DNA of 64,000 nt from an uncultured cyanobacterium (GTDB taxonomy: Bacteria; Cyanobacteriota; Cyanobacteriia; Cyanobacteriales; CAWUOF01): assembly GCA_963744145.1 (NCBI GenBank), contig CAVUSO010000001.1, positions 5,760,001 through 5,824,000 of the forward strand, given 5' to 3'. The position numbers and the translations under genes were made by a program. Each line of letters starts with the position of its first letter. The first letter of the stretch is position 1. The notes below the pieces were generated by a model. That model was not told where the DNA came from. It saw nothing but the letters and a program-made list of their open reading frames with translations, and ran no database searches. This document shows, piece after piece, positions 1 to 9,521 of this stretch.

Positions 1-2
1 GA

Positions 3-734
3 GCAGATTTACGAGAAATTCGTGAACAAGCGATCGCTAATTTGAATGAGTTTAAAATTTCGACTACTCTAGTCGTCACCTTGAAAAAAGGACTAAACGA
101 TCAAGAAATTGGTAAAATCATTGAATATGCACTCCAGCAAAGCTCGGTTCGGGGAGTAACATTTCAACCAATCCAAGCAGTGGGAAGACTAGAGGGATTT
201 AATCCTCAACAAGACCGATATACTTTCACCGAGGTTCGACGTGCTATTTTAGCACAAAGCAACTATTTTCAACCAGAAGATTTAATTCCAGTCCCCTGTC
301 ATCCCGATTCACTGACGATGGCTTATGCTCTCAAATTAAATGGTAAAATCATTCCCCTTACTGGTTTAATTAATCCCGATACATTTGTCAAAATTATGCC
401 TAATAGCATTTTATATGAACAAGATCAGGAATTAAAACAAAAAATATTTGAATTATTTTCCACCAGTCATTCTCCCCAATCGTCCGCAATTTCATTAAAA
501 CAGTTATTATGTTGTTTACCGATGTTACCAGTCCCGGAGGGGATTACCTATGAAAATATCTTTAGGGTGATGATTGTCCAATTTATGGACTCCTATAATT
601 TTGATGTCCGCTCCGTTAAACGTTCCTGTATACACATTGTTCATCCAGATGGTAGAATTATCCCGTTCGACACCTTCAATATGTTTTATCGTTCTGGTAG
701 TATAGGACATCACTTAGTTACCAATCGACCCTAA
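3..734 (+). CDS. Radical SAM protein, C-terminal part (MJ0619/Tes-like family), partial at window edge
   Basis: ORF open from the window start; C-terminal motifs VRGVTFQP, PCHPD and MDSYNFDVRSVKRSCIHIVHPDGRIIPF are typical of this family; the CxxxCxxC motif lies outside the window. Confidence 0.7.
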   Translation, partial: ADLREIREQAIANLNEFKISTTLVVTLKKGLNDQEIGKIIEYALQQSSVRGVTFQPIQAVGRLEGFNPQQDRYTFTEVRRAILAQSNYFQPEDLIPVPCHPDSLTMAYALKLNGKIIPLTGLINPDTFVKIMPNSILYEQDQELKQKIFELFSTSHSPQSSAISLKQLLCCLPMLPVPEGITYENIFRVMIVQFMDSYNFDVRSVKRSCIHIVHPDGRIIPFDTFNMFYRSGSIGHHLVTNRP

Positions 735-816
735 TTTCACCATTAATTAAAAACTGAGATTGTCCCCTAGGGAAATATTAAGTTTTGTAAATCATAGATT
801 TATGTTACCAATTTGA

Positions 817-962
817 GTTGAAGAGTGTTAGAATCTAAAAGTAGAGAGTAAAATCGGGGACACTGTTTTGGTTTTAATATTGATAGGCTCTTTCCTGTTG
901 GTATGGACAAGCTTTTCTCCGAAATCTCAACTGCTACATCAATTAGGTTTGGAAAATAAACT
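817..962 (+). promoter_or_regulatory. Conserved rbp promoter/5' UTR (TCTCCGAA box complementary to the RBS)
   Basis: Near-identical to 1306-1450; TCTCCGAAATCT (916-927) can pair with AGGTTTGGAAA (945-955). Confidence 0.7.
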
Positions 963-1268
963 ATGTCTATTTACGTTGGCAATCTTTCCTACGACGTTGA
1001 AGAGAAAGATTTGAAGGAAGTGTTTAGCGAATATGGCGATGTGAAAAACGTTCAGCTACCAACAGATCGGGAAACTGGTCGGATGCGGGGATTTGGTTTT
1101 GTGGAAATGGTAACAGAAGCTGACGAACAGAAAGCGATCGAAGCTTTAGATGGAGCTGAGTGGATGGGTCGTAATCTAAAAGTTAACAAAGCTAAACCGA
1201 AAACCGATGGCGGTGGGGGCGGCAGGCGGGACGGCGGCGGCGGTGGATATTCCCGGGGAAGGTATTAA
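963..1268 (+). CDS. rbp: RRM RNA-binding protein (cyanobacterial Rbp) with Gly-rich tail
   Basis: MSIYVGNLSY (RNP2) and RGFGFVEM (RNP1). Confidence 0.95.
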   Translation: MSIYVGNLSYDVEEKDLKEVFSEYGDVKNVQLPTDRETGRMRGFGFVEMVTEADEQKAIEALDGAEWMGRNLKVNKAKPKTDGGGGGRRDGGGGGYSRGRY

Positions 1269-1305
1269 ATTTTGTAACAGTTATAGATCTCTGTCACCCA
1301 TTTGG

Positions 1306-1450
1306 GTTGAAGAGTGTTAAGATACGAGAGTACAGAGTAAATTCGGTTGCAGTGTTTGTTTTTAGTATTGATAGGCTCTTTCCTTTTGGTATTGGCAGGC
1401 TTCTCTCCGAAATCTCAACTTCTACATCAATTAGGTTTTGGAGATAAACT
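1306..1450 (+). promoter_or_regulatory. Second copy of the rbp promoter/5' UTR
   Basis: TCTCCGAAATCT (1404-1415) is complementary to AGGTTTTGGAGA (1433-1444). Confidence 0.7.
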
Positions 1451-1753
1451 ATGTCTATCTACGTTGGTAATCTTTCCTACGAAGTTAACCAGCAAGATCT
1501 GGAAGCTGTATTTGCCGAATACGGTGCAGTGAAACGAGTTCAGCTACCCACCGATCGGGAAACTGGTCGTTTACGGGGATTTGGTTTTGTGGAAATGGGC
1601 ACAGATGCTGAAGAAACGGCTGCGATCGAAGCTTTAGACGGAGCCGAATGGATGGGTCGTGATCTAAAAGTTAACAAAGCCAAACCCCGGGAAAATCGCA
1701 ATTCTTCTTTTGGTGGTGGTAATCGTGGTGGTAACTCTCGTAATCGCTACTAA
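1451..1753 (+). CDS. rbp: RRM RNA-binding protein (Rbp), tandem paralog
   Basis: Same RNP1/RNP2 motifs; highly similar to 963-1268. Confidence 0.95.
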   Translation: MSIYVGNLSYEVNQQDLEAVFAEYGAVKRVQLPTDRETGRLRGFGFVEMGTDAEETAAIEALDGAEWMGRDLKVNKAKPRENRNSSFGGGNRGGNSRNRY

Positions 1754-1842
1754 TCTTTAACGTTAGATCCTCAAAATTATCAATCGTTAAGTTTATAATA
1801 AGTTGAAAATTACTTATTATAATATATGAGGCTCAGACATGA

Positions 1843-2205
1843 ATGTTTGAGCCTTTATTGATTGAGGAAACTATGAGGAACAATTCAGATTTAAAAGGAG
1901 TATTGCTCGGATTTTTTCTATTAATCGGACTTAATATTATTGCTGGATATGTTTTATTTGCATTAATTTTTTTAATATCAGCAGTTAGTGAGAGTATCCA
2001 TAGTCCATTATTAAATTTTCTTATTTCTGATTATCGTTATCTAGTTTTACTAGCAGTTCCAGGTTTAACCCAGCTAATATATGTAATTCCCCTAGTTTTA
2101 TGGCTGAAAAAGCGAGAAAGATGGGGTTTAATGAAAGGAGTAATTATTGGTGCAGTGATCACAGCGTTATTAAATGGAGGTTGTTGGTTATTTTTGATTA
2201 GATAG
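1843..2205 (+). CDS. Hypothetical membrane protein
   Basis: 120 aa with about 3 hydrophobic segments. Confidence 0.7.
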   Translation: MFEPLLIEETMRNNSDLKGVLLGFFLLIGLNIIAGYVLFALIFLISAVSESIHSPLLNFLISDYRYLVLLAVPGLTQLIYVIPLVLWLKKRERWGLMKGVIIGAVITALLNGGCWLFLIR

Positions 2206-2319
2206 ATGGTGCCGATCTAGATTTTGATCTATAATAGAGCAAATCTTAGTCCAATTGTGCGGGTAATATATGTACCGTTCAAATTAAAATTTAGACACAA
2301 AGTAAATTGGAGAGGGGCT

Positions 2320-2895
2320 ATGTCTAAACGCAAAAAACACGATCTGCGGTGGATTAAAGAAACTCTAGAGCTAAAAGAAGACCATAATTGGAAATCCGCA
2401 CCAAATACCCGGATTTTTGTCGCGGGAAGAGGAGCATTGCGATTTGATATTCCGGAAAATTGGCATTTTGAACCAGAACCCAAGTCATTTAAGTTTTTAG
2501 ACAAAAAACCACCCGATGATGATTGTCGTTTAGAAGCTTCTTATAATCTATTACCCCCTGCTGATTGGAGTGATTTTCCCCTGACATCACTATTAAAAAA
2601 AGTCGTTGAAGAAGATGAGCGCAATCCGATCGAAATCGGTGAAGTGATTAAGCTCAATCGACAAACTGCTCGTGTGGTGTGGACTCAATTAAAATTTATT
2701 GATCCCCAAGAAAACCGTCCTGCTTATTCCCGGATTTGTATTGGGTTAGGTTCGGGAGTACAATGTTTGATTACTTTTGACTATTGGGTCGATGATGCGG
2801 AAAAGTTGACCCCGGTTTGGGATCTGGTGATGAATTCCTTGGTACTAGGTTTGTATATTCGCGATCCTCGCACCGGATTTGCTTTACCAGACTAA
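2320..2895 (+). CDS. Conserved hypothetical protein
   Basis: ATG at 2320 after GGAGAGGGG; protein-like composition. Confidence 0.7.
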   Translation: MSKRKKHDLRWIKETLELKEDHNWKSAPNTRIFVAGRGALRFDIPENWHFEPEPKSFKFLDKKPPDDDCRLEASYNLLPPADWSDFPLTSLLKKVVEEDERNPIEIGEVIKLNRQTARVVWTQLKFIDPQENRPAYSRICIGLGSGVQCLITFDYWVDDAEKLTPVWDLVMNSLVLGLYIRDPRTGFALPD

Positions 2896-2942
2896 AATTG
2901 TGGGATGACAGTGAGCGAGCGAGCGCGTTTACCCAATCAATT

Positions 2943-3914
2943 TTAAAACGTACTGTGATCCGCTTTCTTAGCAGGTTCAATGATCGAGCGAATCCCTTCA
3001 AAGGTAGCTGGGATATTACGAGGGTCCATAAACATCACCTTACTACTCTCGCTTCCACCAATCTTTAGCCCCATTTCCAGATAATTTTGTGCTAAGAGAA
3101 ACTGGAGTGCTTCTTTAGCATGAGGATCATCTTTGAGAGTGTTCTTAATAATTTCGATCGCTTGTGCTGATGCTTGTGCTTTCAAAATTTGTTGCTGACG
3201 TTCTGCTTCCGCTTTTAAGATAATCGCTTGTTGTTGTGCTTCAGCTTCTAAAATCTGGGCTTTTTTTTGGGATTCAGCTTGCAATACCTGTGCTTCTGCT
3301 TTACCTCTAGCACTATTAATTGCTGCTTCTCTTTCACCTTCAGAAGCTAAAATTGCTGCCCGTTTTTTTCGCTCCGAAGACATTTGCAATTCCATCGACT
3401 CCTGGACTGCTTGGGAAGGAATAATATCTCGAAGTTCAACCCTGGTTACCTTTACTCCCCAAGGTTCAGTAGACTCGTCTAAATCTTGGAGTAAAAGATC
3501 ATTAATCTTCGCACGAGCTGTAAAGGTTTCATCTAATTCCAAATTTCCTAACTCTGATCTGATTTGAGTCCGGACTAAATTCTCCATCGCTAACTGAAGA
3601 TTTTGGACTTTATAGTAAGCTCTTTCCATATCCATAATCCGCCAATAAACGATCGCATCAGCAGTAATGGAAACATTGTCACGGGTAATACATTGTTGGG
3701 GTGGAATATCTAACACTTTTTCCCGAATCGTTTCTCGGAAAACTACTTGATCTACAAACGGAACAATAAAGTGCGGACCGGGTGTGAGTTTTTTGCTAAA
3801 ACTACCTAATCTTTCCACTAATGCTTCATTACCTTGATTAATCGTTTTATAAGTGCTTAAAAGGATACTTCCTCCAAAGCCGATCGTAATTAGGAATCCA
3901 ATTAATTCGCCCAT
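2943..3914 (-). CDS. SPFH/band 7 (stomatin-like) protein
   Basis: N-terminal [34 protein letters not shown], coiled-coil tail. Confidence 0.95.
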   Translation of the reverse strand: MGELIGFLITIGFGGSILLSTYKTINQGNEALVERLGSFSKKLTPGPHFIVPFVDQVVFRETIREKVLDIPPQQCITRDNVSITADAIVYWRIMDMERAYYKVQNLQLAMENLVRTQIRSELGNLELDETFTARAKINDLLLQDLDESTEPWGVKVTRVELRDIIPSQAVQESMELQMSSERKKRAAILASEGEREAAINSARGKAEAQVLQAESQKKAQILEAEAQQQAIILKAEAERQQQILKAQASAQAIEIIKNTLKDDPHAKEALQFLLAQNYLEMGLKIGGSESSKVMFMDPRNIPATFEGIRSIIEPAKKADHSTF

Positions 3915-3942
3915 TTGATTAACATCCGATTTTTAACAATTA

Positions 3943-4452
3943 TTAAGAATGGAGAATATATTCAGGCATGACAATCAGTGTAGTACCTTCTCGTCTAATC
4001 ACCAAAACTTTTTGCCCAGGAGCGATCGCGATCGTCTGATCTTCACAACGAGCTTTCCAGGAATTTCCTTGATAACGCACACGACCAGCAACTCCGATCG
4101 GGATTTCCGTCAAAGTTTCTGCTTCCTGAGCATCCTCCAGAATATGAGCTTTGTGCTTGGGTGCAAAACGACGTGATAGAAAAATACCACCTCCTGAAAA
4201 TGCCATCCACAATATTACTTGCCAACCTAAAGGTAAAGGTATCGGTAACAATAAGGTCAGACCGGCTAGAATCAAAGCACTTACTCCCATCACCAACTCA
4301 ATAAACGCTGATGGGAGAATAAACTCTAGTCCACATAGAATCACCCCTAGGAGTAACCAGATGGTAGTTAAATTTGTCAGGGAAGAATGGGGGAGAGGGG
4401 TTTGCGCTAAGAACAATTTTGTTATATCATCATACCACATATCAACCTCCAA
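3943..4452 (-). CDS. NfeD-like protein (short form)
   Basis: TM helices plus an OB-fold-type GRVRYQGNSWKA...VLVIRREGTTLIV; canonical neighbour of SPFH genes. Confidence 0.9.
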   Translation of the reverse strand: MEVDMWYDDITKLFLAQTPLPHSSLTNLTTIWLLLGVILCGLEFILPSAFIELVMGVSALILAGLTLLLPIPLPLGWQVILWMAFSGGGIFLSRRFAPKHKAHILEDAQEAETLTEIPIGVAGRVRYQGNSWKARCEDQTIAIAPGQKVLVIRREGTTLIVMPEYILHS

Positions 4453-4705
4453 ATAATTATCCTGAGCAAAACCGGTGCAACCGGGGTGACATTGGTTTTG
4501 TCAGATCCAAGCTAGAATTGATAGTGATTTTTACAACTACTTGGCTGATCATAATTGTAAAATTTCGTAATGCTTGGTCAAATCTCAGCAGTTGCACCAC
4601 CCAGATTAGGGATAAAGTCCTAGTCTAAAAATATGCTAATTTGATCAGAATTAGCATATAGCTTAATCATAATTCCAGAATAATTTTGTAGAGTATTTTT
4701 CTCCC

Positions 4706-6601
4706 ATGAGCAGTTCCGAACCGCTGATTTCTCGCTATCTTTGGGCTGTTGGCTCTGATGCTGTCAAAATTCCACCGGGCACACAAGTAGCCGATCGATA
4801 CAAAGTAATTGCACCCCAAATATGGTTAGATACCCAACCGGAACTGCTACCGGAAGTACCAGAAGTATTACCAGAGATAAGTATTCCTTACCTTTGTCTC
4901 TATTCTCATCGGTTACATATCCCAGAAGTTTATGGATTTTGCGGTGCAAATGAAGCGGTTAGATCTGATCAGATCCTGTTGTTAGAAAATGTCCCCATTG
5001 ATGCAGATGGTAACCTATATCCCGCGATCGCCACAGCTTGGCCAACAGTGACTGGGGTGCGTCAAGTATATTGGTTATGGCAATTAATCGAATTGTGGAG
5101 ACAGCTATTATTAATCGGAGTAGGTTCGAGTCTACTCGATCTAGAGAATATTCGAGTCCAGGGTTGGAGAGTGTGGTTAAGAGAACTTTATACTGATCCA
5201 TTACCTAAAGATCAGGCTTTGAGTGCAGAAACCCAAGACCCAGTTGATCAAGCTGATGTGATTAAAGTTACCAGTAATCTGCGACTCCAGGATTTAGGTT
5301 ATTGCTGGTTTAATTTAATTACTAAAGCCCAACCCGAGGTAGCACCCCAATTAAAAGAAATTTGTCGGCAAATGCGCCAGAATGAAGCTAGTTTAGAAGC
5401 GATCGCCAAGGACTTAAATCAACTATTAATCACCACAGCAGCGAAATTGCCATTGCGCTTCCAAATTGCGAGTGGGACAGATACTGGTCCAAGTCGTCAA
5501 CAAAATGAAGATAGTTATTATCCGACATTATCAGATATCCAAAATCGAAGGTTCCCACCTCATGACCGACTAATTCCTTACCTGACTATTGTTTGTGACG
5601 GAGTCGGGGGACATGAAGGTGGGGAAGTTGCGAGTCTGTTAGCGGTGCAGTCTCTAAAAGCTTTAGTCCAAACCCTGCTCCAAGAGATCACAGCACAAAC
5701 GGAACCTACCTCTCCGGAAATAGTAATCAAACAAATCGAAGAAATTGTCAAGGTAGTGAATAACACGATCGCCGCTCAGAATAATACTCAAAATCGAGAA
5801 GCTAGACAGCGGATGGGGACAACTCTAGTCATGACGCTGCAATTACCTCAACCGATCGGGGAAAATATCGGTAATAGCCATGAAATGTATTTAGCCACAG
5901 TGGGAGATAGTCGAGCATACTGGATTACGGCTGATTATTGCCATCAATTGAGTATCGATGACGATGTAGCTACCCGGGAAGTACAATTAGGCAGATCTCC
6001 CTATCGTCATGCTCTCCAAAGAAGAGATGCTGGTGCTTTAACCCAAGCATTAGGAACTAGAGATGGCGAATTTGTCCATCCAGATCTACAACGATTTATA
6101 ATTGAAGAAGATGGTCTATTATTGCTCTGTTCGGATGGGTTAAGTGATAATAACTGGGTAGAACGCTCCTGGACTGATTATGCTGCGGCAGTTTTAAATG
6201 GAGAAATTTCTTTAGAAACTGCCACTAAGTTTTTAATTGAATTAGCTAATGAAAAAAATGGTCACGATAATACTTCGGTAGTTCTTACTTACTGTCGGGT
6301 TTCCACAGAGCCTCTAGTTTTGTTTGACACCAGTCCTGTTCCTGAGACAGAAGAGAGTTTAGGATCGGAGCTGACTGACGCTTCTAAATCGCTCCTCTAT
6401 GATGAATCAGTACAAATACTGGAACAAAACTCCCTGGTCAAATTGCCAAATTTGCGGGAACGGCGTCGTCGTAACTATAATTGGGGGGGGATAATTTTAT
6501 TGTTAGCCATGCTGTTCGTCCTAGGTGTGATTGGGTTTACCGCTTGGCAAATCTCCAATCCTCAAGGATCTGATGTACCTGGAAAAATTCTCAAACCTTG
6601 A
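4706..6601 (+). CDS. PP2C-family Ser/Thr protein phosphatase with C-terminal TM
   Basis: TDTGPSRQQNED, VCDGVGGHEGGEVAS, MGTT, VGDSRAY, LCSDGL, GHDNTS. Confidence 0.93.
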   Translation: MSSSEPLISRYLWAVGSDAVKIPPGTQVADRYKVIAPQIWLDTQPELLPEVPEVLPEISIPYLCLYSHRLHIPEVYGFCGANEAVRSDQILLLENVPIDADGNLYPAIATAWPTVTGVRQVYWLWQLIELWRQLLLIGVGSSLLDLENIRVQGWRVWLRELYTDPLPKDQALSAETQDPVDQADVIKVTSNLRLQDLGYCWFNLITKAQPEVAPQLKEICRQMRQNEASLEAIAKDLNQLLITTAAKLPLRFQIASGTDTGPSRQQNEDSYYPTLSDIQNRRFPPHDRLIPYLTIVCDGVGGHEGGEVASLLAVQSLKALVQTLLQEITAQTEPTSPEIVIKQIEEIVKVVNNTIAAQNNTQNREARQRMGTTLVMTLQLPQPIGENIGNSHEMYLATVGDSRAYWITADYCHQLSIDDDVATREVQLGRSPYRHALQRRDAGALTQALGTRDGEFVHPDLQRFIIEEDGLLLLCSDGLSDNNWVERSWTDYAAAVLNGEISLETATKFLIELANEKNGHDNTSVVLTYCRVSTEPLVLFDTSPVPETEESLGSELTDASKSLLYDESVQILEQNSLVKLPNLRERRRRNYNWGGIILLLAMLFVLGVIGFTAWQISNPQGSDVPGKILKP

Positions 6602-6704
6602 ATCAGAAATAATTTTTCTGTCATCTTCTATGAGAAAATAGGAAAGTTGTCTTTGTGCCAATCTCGGTGCAACTTGTTGGAAACAGAATCCTAGGTTTAG
6701 ATTG

Positions 6705-6935
6705 ATGAAAGTTGGCGATCGCGTTCGTGTTACTAAATCTGTCATTGTTTATCATCATCCTGATCATCGCAATCAACCTTATGACCTCCATGGTAAAGAA
6801 GGAGAAATTGCAGCGATCGTGAATGATTGGCATGGTCAACCCATAAGTGCTAATCTACCTTTTCAAGTTAAGTTTGAGTCAAAGTTTCGTGCCCACTTCC
6901 AAGCGGAAGAATTAGCATTAGTAACGGAAAACTAA
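6705..6935 (+). CDS. ftrV: Ferredoxin-thioredoxin reductase variable chain
   Basis: MKVGDRVRV..SVIVYHHP.HRNQ...W.G.PISANLP..V.F...FRAH. Confidence 0.92.
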   Translation: MKVGDRVRVTKSVIVYHHPDHRNQPYDLHGKEGEIAAIVNDWHGQPISANLPFQVKFESKFRAHFQAEELALVTEN

Positions 6936-6968
6936 CGGAAAATGGCGATCGCTTCGCCGTTTTCTGTT
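6936..6968. terminator. Hairpin between convergent genes (putative bidirectional terminator)
   Basis: CGGAAAATGGCGA...TCGCCGTTTTCTG imperfect inverted repeat. Confidence 0.55.
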
Positions 6969-6969
6969 T

Positions 6970-7200
6970 TTAGTTACCTCCGCGCAGAAACCAACCGAAT
7001 AGGTTAATATCGCTCCGCATTTGTACCAATTCTTGTTGATGACGTTGAGCTGCGGCATAATACCATTGGCAGTAGCGTTCAAATTCACGCCGATCGGTAA
7101 CTTCTTGATAAAATTCCTGTGTCACCTGGTGGGTTTCTAAGATTTCTAATTCTGGTTGGGGTGCTACAGGGACAATCCAACGTAATTCGTTAGGTTTCAT
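6970..7200 (-). CDS. Small conserved hypothetical protein
   Basis: 76-aa ORF of a common cyanobacterial type (FYQEV..R.EFERYCQWY). Confidence 0.7.
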   Translation of the reverse strand: MKPNELRWIVPVAPQPELEILETHQVTQEFYQEVTDRREFERYCQWYYAAAQRHQQELVQMRSDINLFGWFLRGGN

Positions 7201-7453
7201 AAGGTTTGGTGACTGGTAAATTATGCCAGCAGTAGAGAACGGAGTCGATTTACTTCACTAAATTTAAAAAAATTTAAGTATTGTTACAAAAGAGAGCCGA
7301 AAACTGGGATTTTTAGCCAGGGAAGAGCTATCTACCCTGACGATAGCATAAATCATCAAATGAGTGTGCAAATAATTTTTTTAGTATATAATAAATTTAT
7401 GCCTAATCGTCATCCGAATTAATAAGGCAGGTTGTTACAAGTGAAGAAGTTCT

Positions 7454-8425
7454 ATGAAAAAGACAAAATCCCTTAATGATTTCACTTTTGGTGAATTCGC
7501 TACTCAGACAATTGAGAAAAATTTTCAAAAGTCAGTGAAATACGAAGCTGAAGTTCTCAAAGATGAAGATCCCGAAGCGCTCCATGAAATGAGAGTAGGA
7601 ATGAGACGCTTACGGACGGTATTACAAGTATTTGCACCAGCACTAGATCTCCCTAAATGTGTAGATGATCAGAGAATTGGGAAAATAGCTCGTTGTTTAG
7701 GAGCAGTTCGAGATTTAGATGTCCTCAAAGAAGCACTGTTAAATCGCTATCGTTCGCAGTTACAAGGAAAAGAACGTAAGCGTTTCGAGATGATCGGCAA
7801 AAATTTACAAAAGCAGCGCATTGAAGATTTTGACCAATTAAAACAAATGCTGAATAGTTCGCTGTATGAGAAATTTAAAAGCAGTTTCAGTGAATGGTTA
7901 GTAGCACCGACCTACAAAGCGATCGCCTATTTACCAATTAGAGAAGTTCTCCCCGATCTGATGCTACCTTTAATCGGAGAAATGTTCCTACATCCTGGGT
8001 GGTTTGTGGGAGTAACAGCATCAAATGGTCAAAGAAAAAATACCCCAGTAATCACCGCAGATAATGGGATTGAATGTTTAGAACAGCAAAGCGAGCTACT
8101 CCATGATCTCCGCAAGCAAATGAAGCGTGTGCGCTATCAAACTGAGTTTTTTGTAGATTTTTACAACTCAGAGTATCAAGCTCAAATTCAAGCATTCAAA
8201 AATGTTCAAGAAATTTTGGGTGGGATGCAAGATAGTTGGGTACTAAGAGAATTTTTAGTAGTGCAACTGGAAGCTGATTTAAGCCAAGTAATGCCAACTG
8301 TAGCACAACAATTGCAAGCCGAAAGACTGCAACTTTGGCAAGAATGGCAACCAGTTCGTCAGCAATATCTTAACCCAGAATTTCGTCAGACTTTACGACA
8401 GCAAGTAATGATTCCGGTTCATTAG
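7454..8425 (+). CDS. CHAD domain protein
   Basis: DPEALHEMRVGMRRLR, LGAVRDLDV, LHDLRKQMKRVRY, QEILG.MQD. Confidence 0.92.
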   Translation: MKKTKSLNDFTFGEFATQTIEKNFQKSVKYEAEVLKDEDPEALHEMRVGMRRLRTVLQVFAPALDLPKCVDDQRIGKIARCLGAVRDLDVLKEALLNRYRSQLQGKERKRFEMIGKNLQKQRIEDFDQLKQMLNSSLYEKFKSSFSEWLVAPTYKAIAYLPIREVLPDLMLPLIGEMFLHPGWFVGVTASNGQRKNTPVITADNGIECLEQQSELLHDLRKQMKRVRYQTEFFVDFYNSEYQAQIQAFKNVQEILGGMQDSWVLREFLVVQLEADLSQVMPTVAQQLQAERLQLWQEWQPVRQQYLNPEFRQTLRQQVMIPVH

Positions 8426-8431
8426 TCGGAA

Positions 8432-9223
8432 TTATAACCAGCCTCGGAGACGATAAATAAATAACCCAACATATTCTTTTAAAGCTTTGCTAGTTCTGGC
8501 TAGTTGATCAACATCAGGGAGCAAATTTAAAAGTGTATATTGGGGACTATTGTCCAATTCTTGGAGATCTTGTGTTGCAATTAAAAAATCTGTCGGTGCA
8601 GGAATAGCTTGCATACCTTCATGTCGGAAAATTAATAGCGATCGCGGCATATGTAAAGCGGAAGTTACCAGTAAGATCTGGTTAATCCCTTTATTGGTCA
8701 GGATTTTTCGCACATTAACCGCATTTTGATAGGTATTAAAAGAAGTTGGGTCTTCTAAAATCGCCGCGCTGGGCACCCCCATGGCTCGAGCAATTTTTGC
8801 CATATCGCTCGACTCAGGGGGACCACCACCGTGCCAATCAACGCGTCCACCGCTGAGAATTAAGAGGGGAGCATGACCAGTCAGATAAAGTCTAGCACCG
8901 TGGATAATGCGATCGCCCGCTTCAGTCACATCGACCCAAGGACGAGGTGGAGACTCTGGTTTGATTCCTCCACCTAAAACTACGATCGCATCAGCATGAG
9001 GGAGAGTAGTTGGGGGTAGATTTTGCCATTCGAGCGATCGGACTAATGCAGTAGAGACAAAGGTATTACTACCGAGTAATAACAAGACTAGGGAGAGGAG
9101 AACGGGTAGGATTACCCATTGGGGTCGTTTCCACCACATCACCACAGCGACCAGTAAGAGCAGACAGGTAAGTCCCAAGGGATAGAGGAACAGGGGCAGG
9201 AGTTTGGACAGAAACAGAAACAT
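8432..9223 (-). CDS. YdcF/ElyC/SanA (DUF218) family protein
   Basis: DAIVVLGGG, LILSGG, SFNTYQNA, LLVTSALHMPRS. Confidence 0.92.
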   Translation of the reverse strand: MFLFLSKLLPLFLYPLGLTCLLLLVAVVMWWKRPQWVILPVLLSLVLLLLGSNTFVSTALVRSLEWQNLPPTTLPHADAIVVLGGGIKPESPPRPWVDVTEAGDRIIHGARLYLTGHAPLLILSGGRVDWHGGGPPESSDMAKIARAMGVPSAAILEDPTSFNTYQNAVNVRKILTNKGINQILLVTSALHMPRSLLIFRHEGMQAIPAPTDFLIATQDLQELDNSPQYTLLNLLPDVDQLARTSKALKEYVGLFIYRLRGWL

Positions 9224-9521
9224 TAGCTAGGTTCAACTATATATTCTGAATTCAGAAATTGCAGATTTATCGTTTCTAGAGTTAATCTATACACAGGTCT
9301 AATTTACCTGGGATTTGCTAATTAGCCAATTTTCCATTTCGGTAAATCTACATATATGCCATTATCCTACTTTTTGGAGAACTTAATTCAGGAGATACTC
9401 AAATAATTAGATAAAAATCATATTTTTGGTTACTTTTATTGATTGATTATTTGATCATCGATAAAAATTATCTATTGAGGCCACTATTTTTTCCACTTGG
9501 AGTTAAAATTCGAGCAAAAAG

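Noticed and set aside
1347..1532. 61-aa hydrophobic ORF upstream of the second rbp
   Set aside because: Overlaps the rbp UTR and CDS out of frame; better explained by the conserved leader
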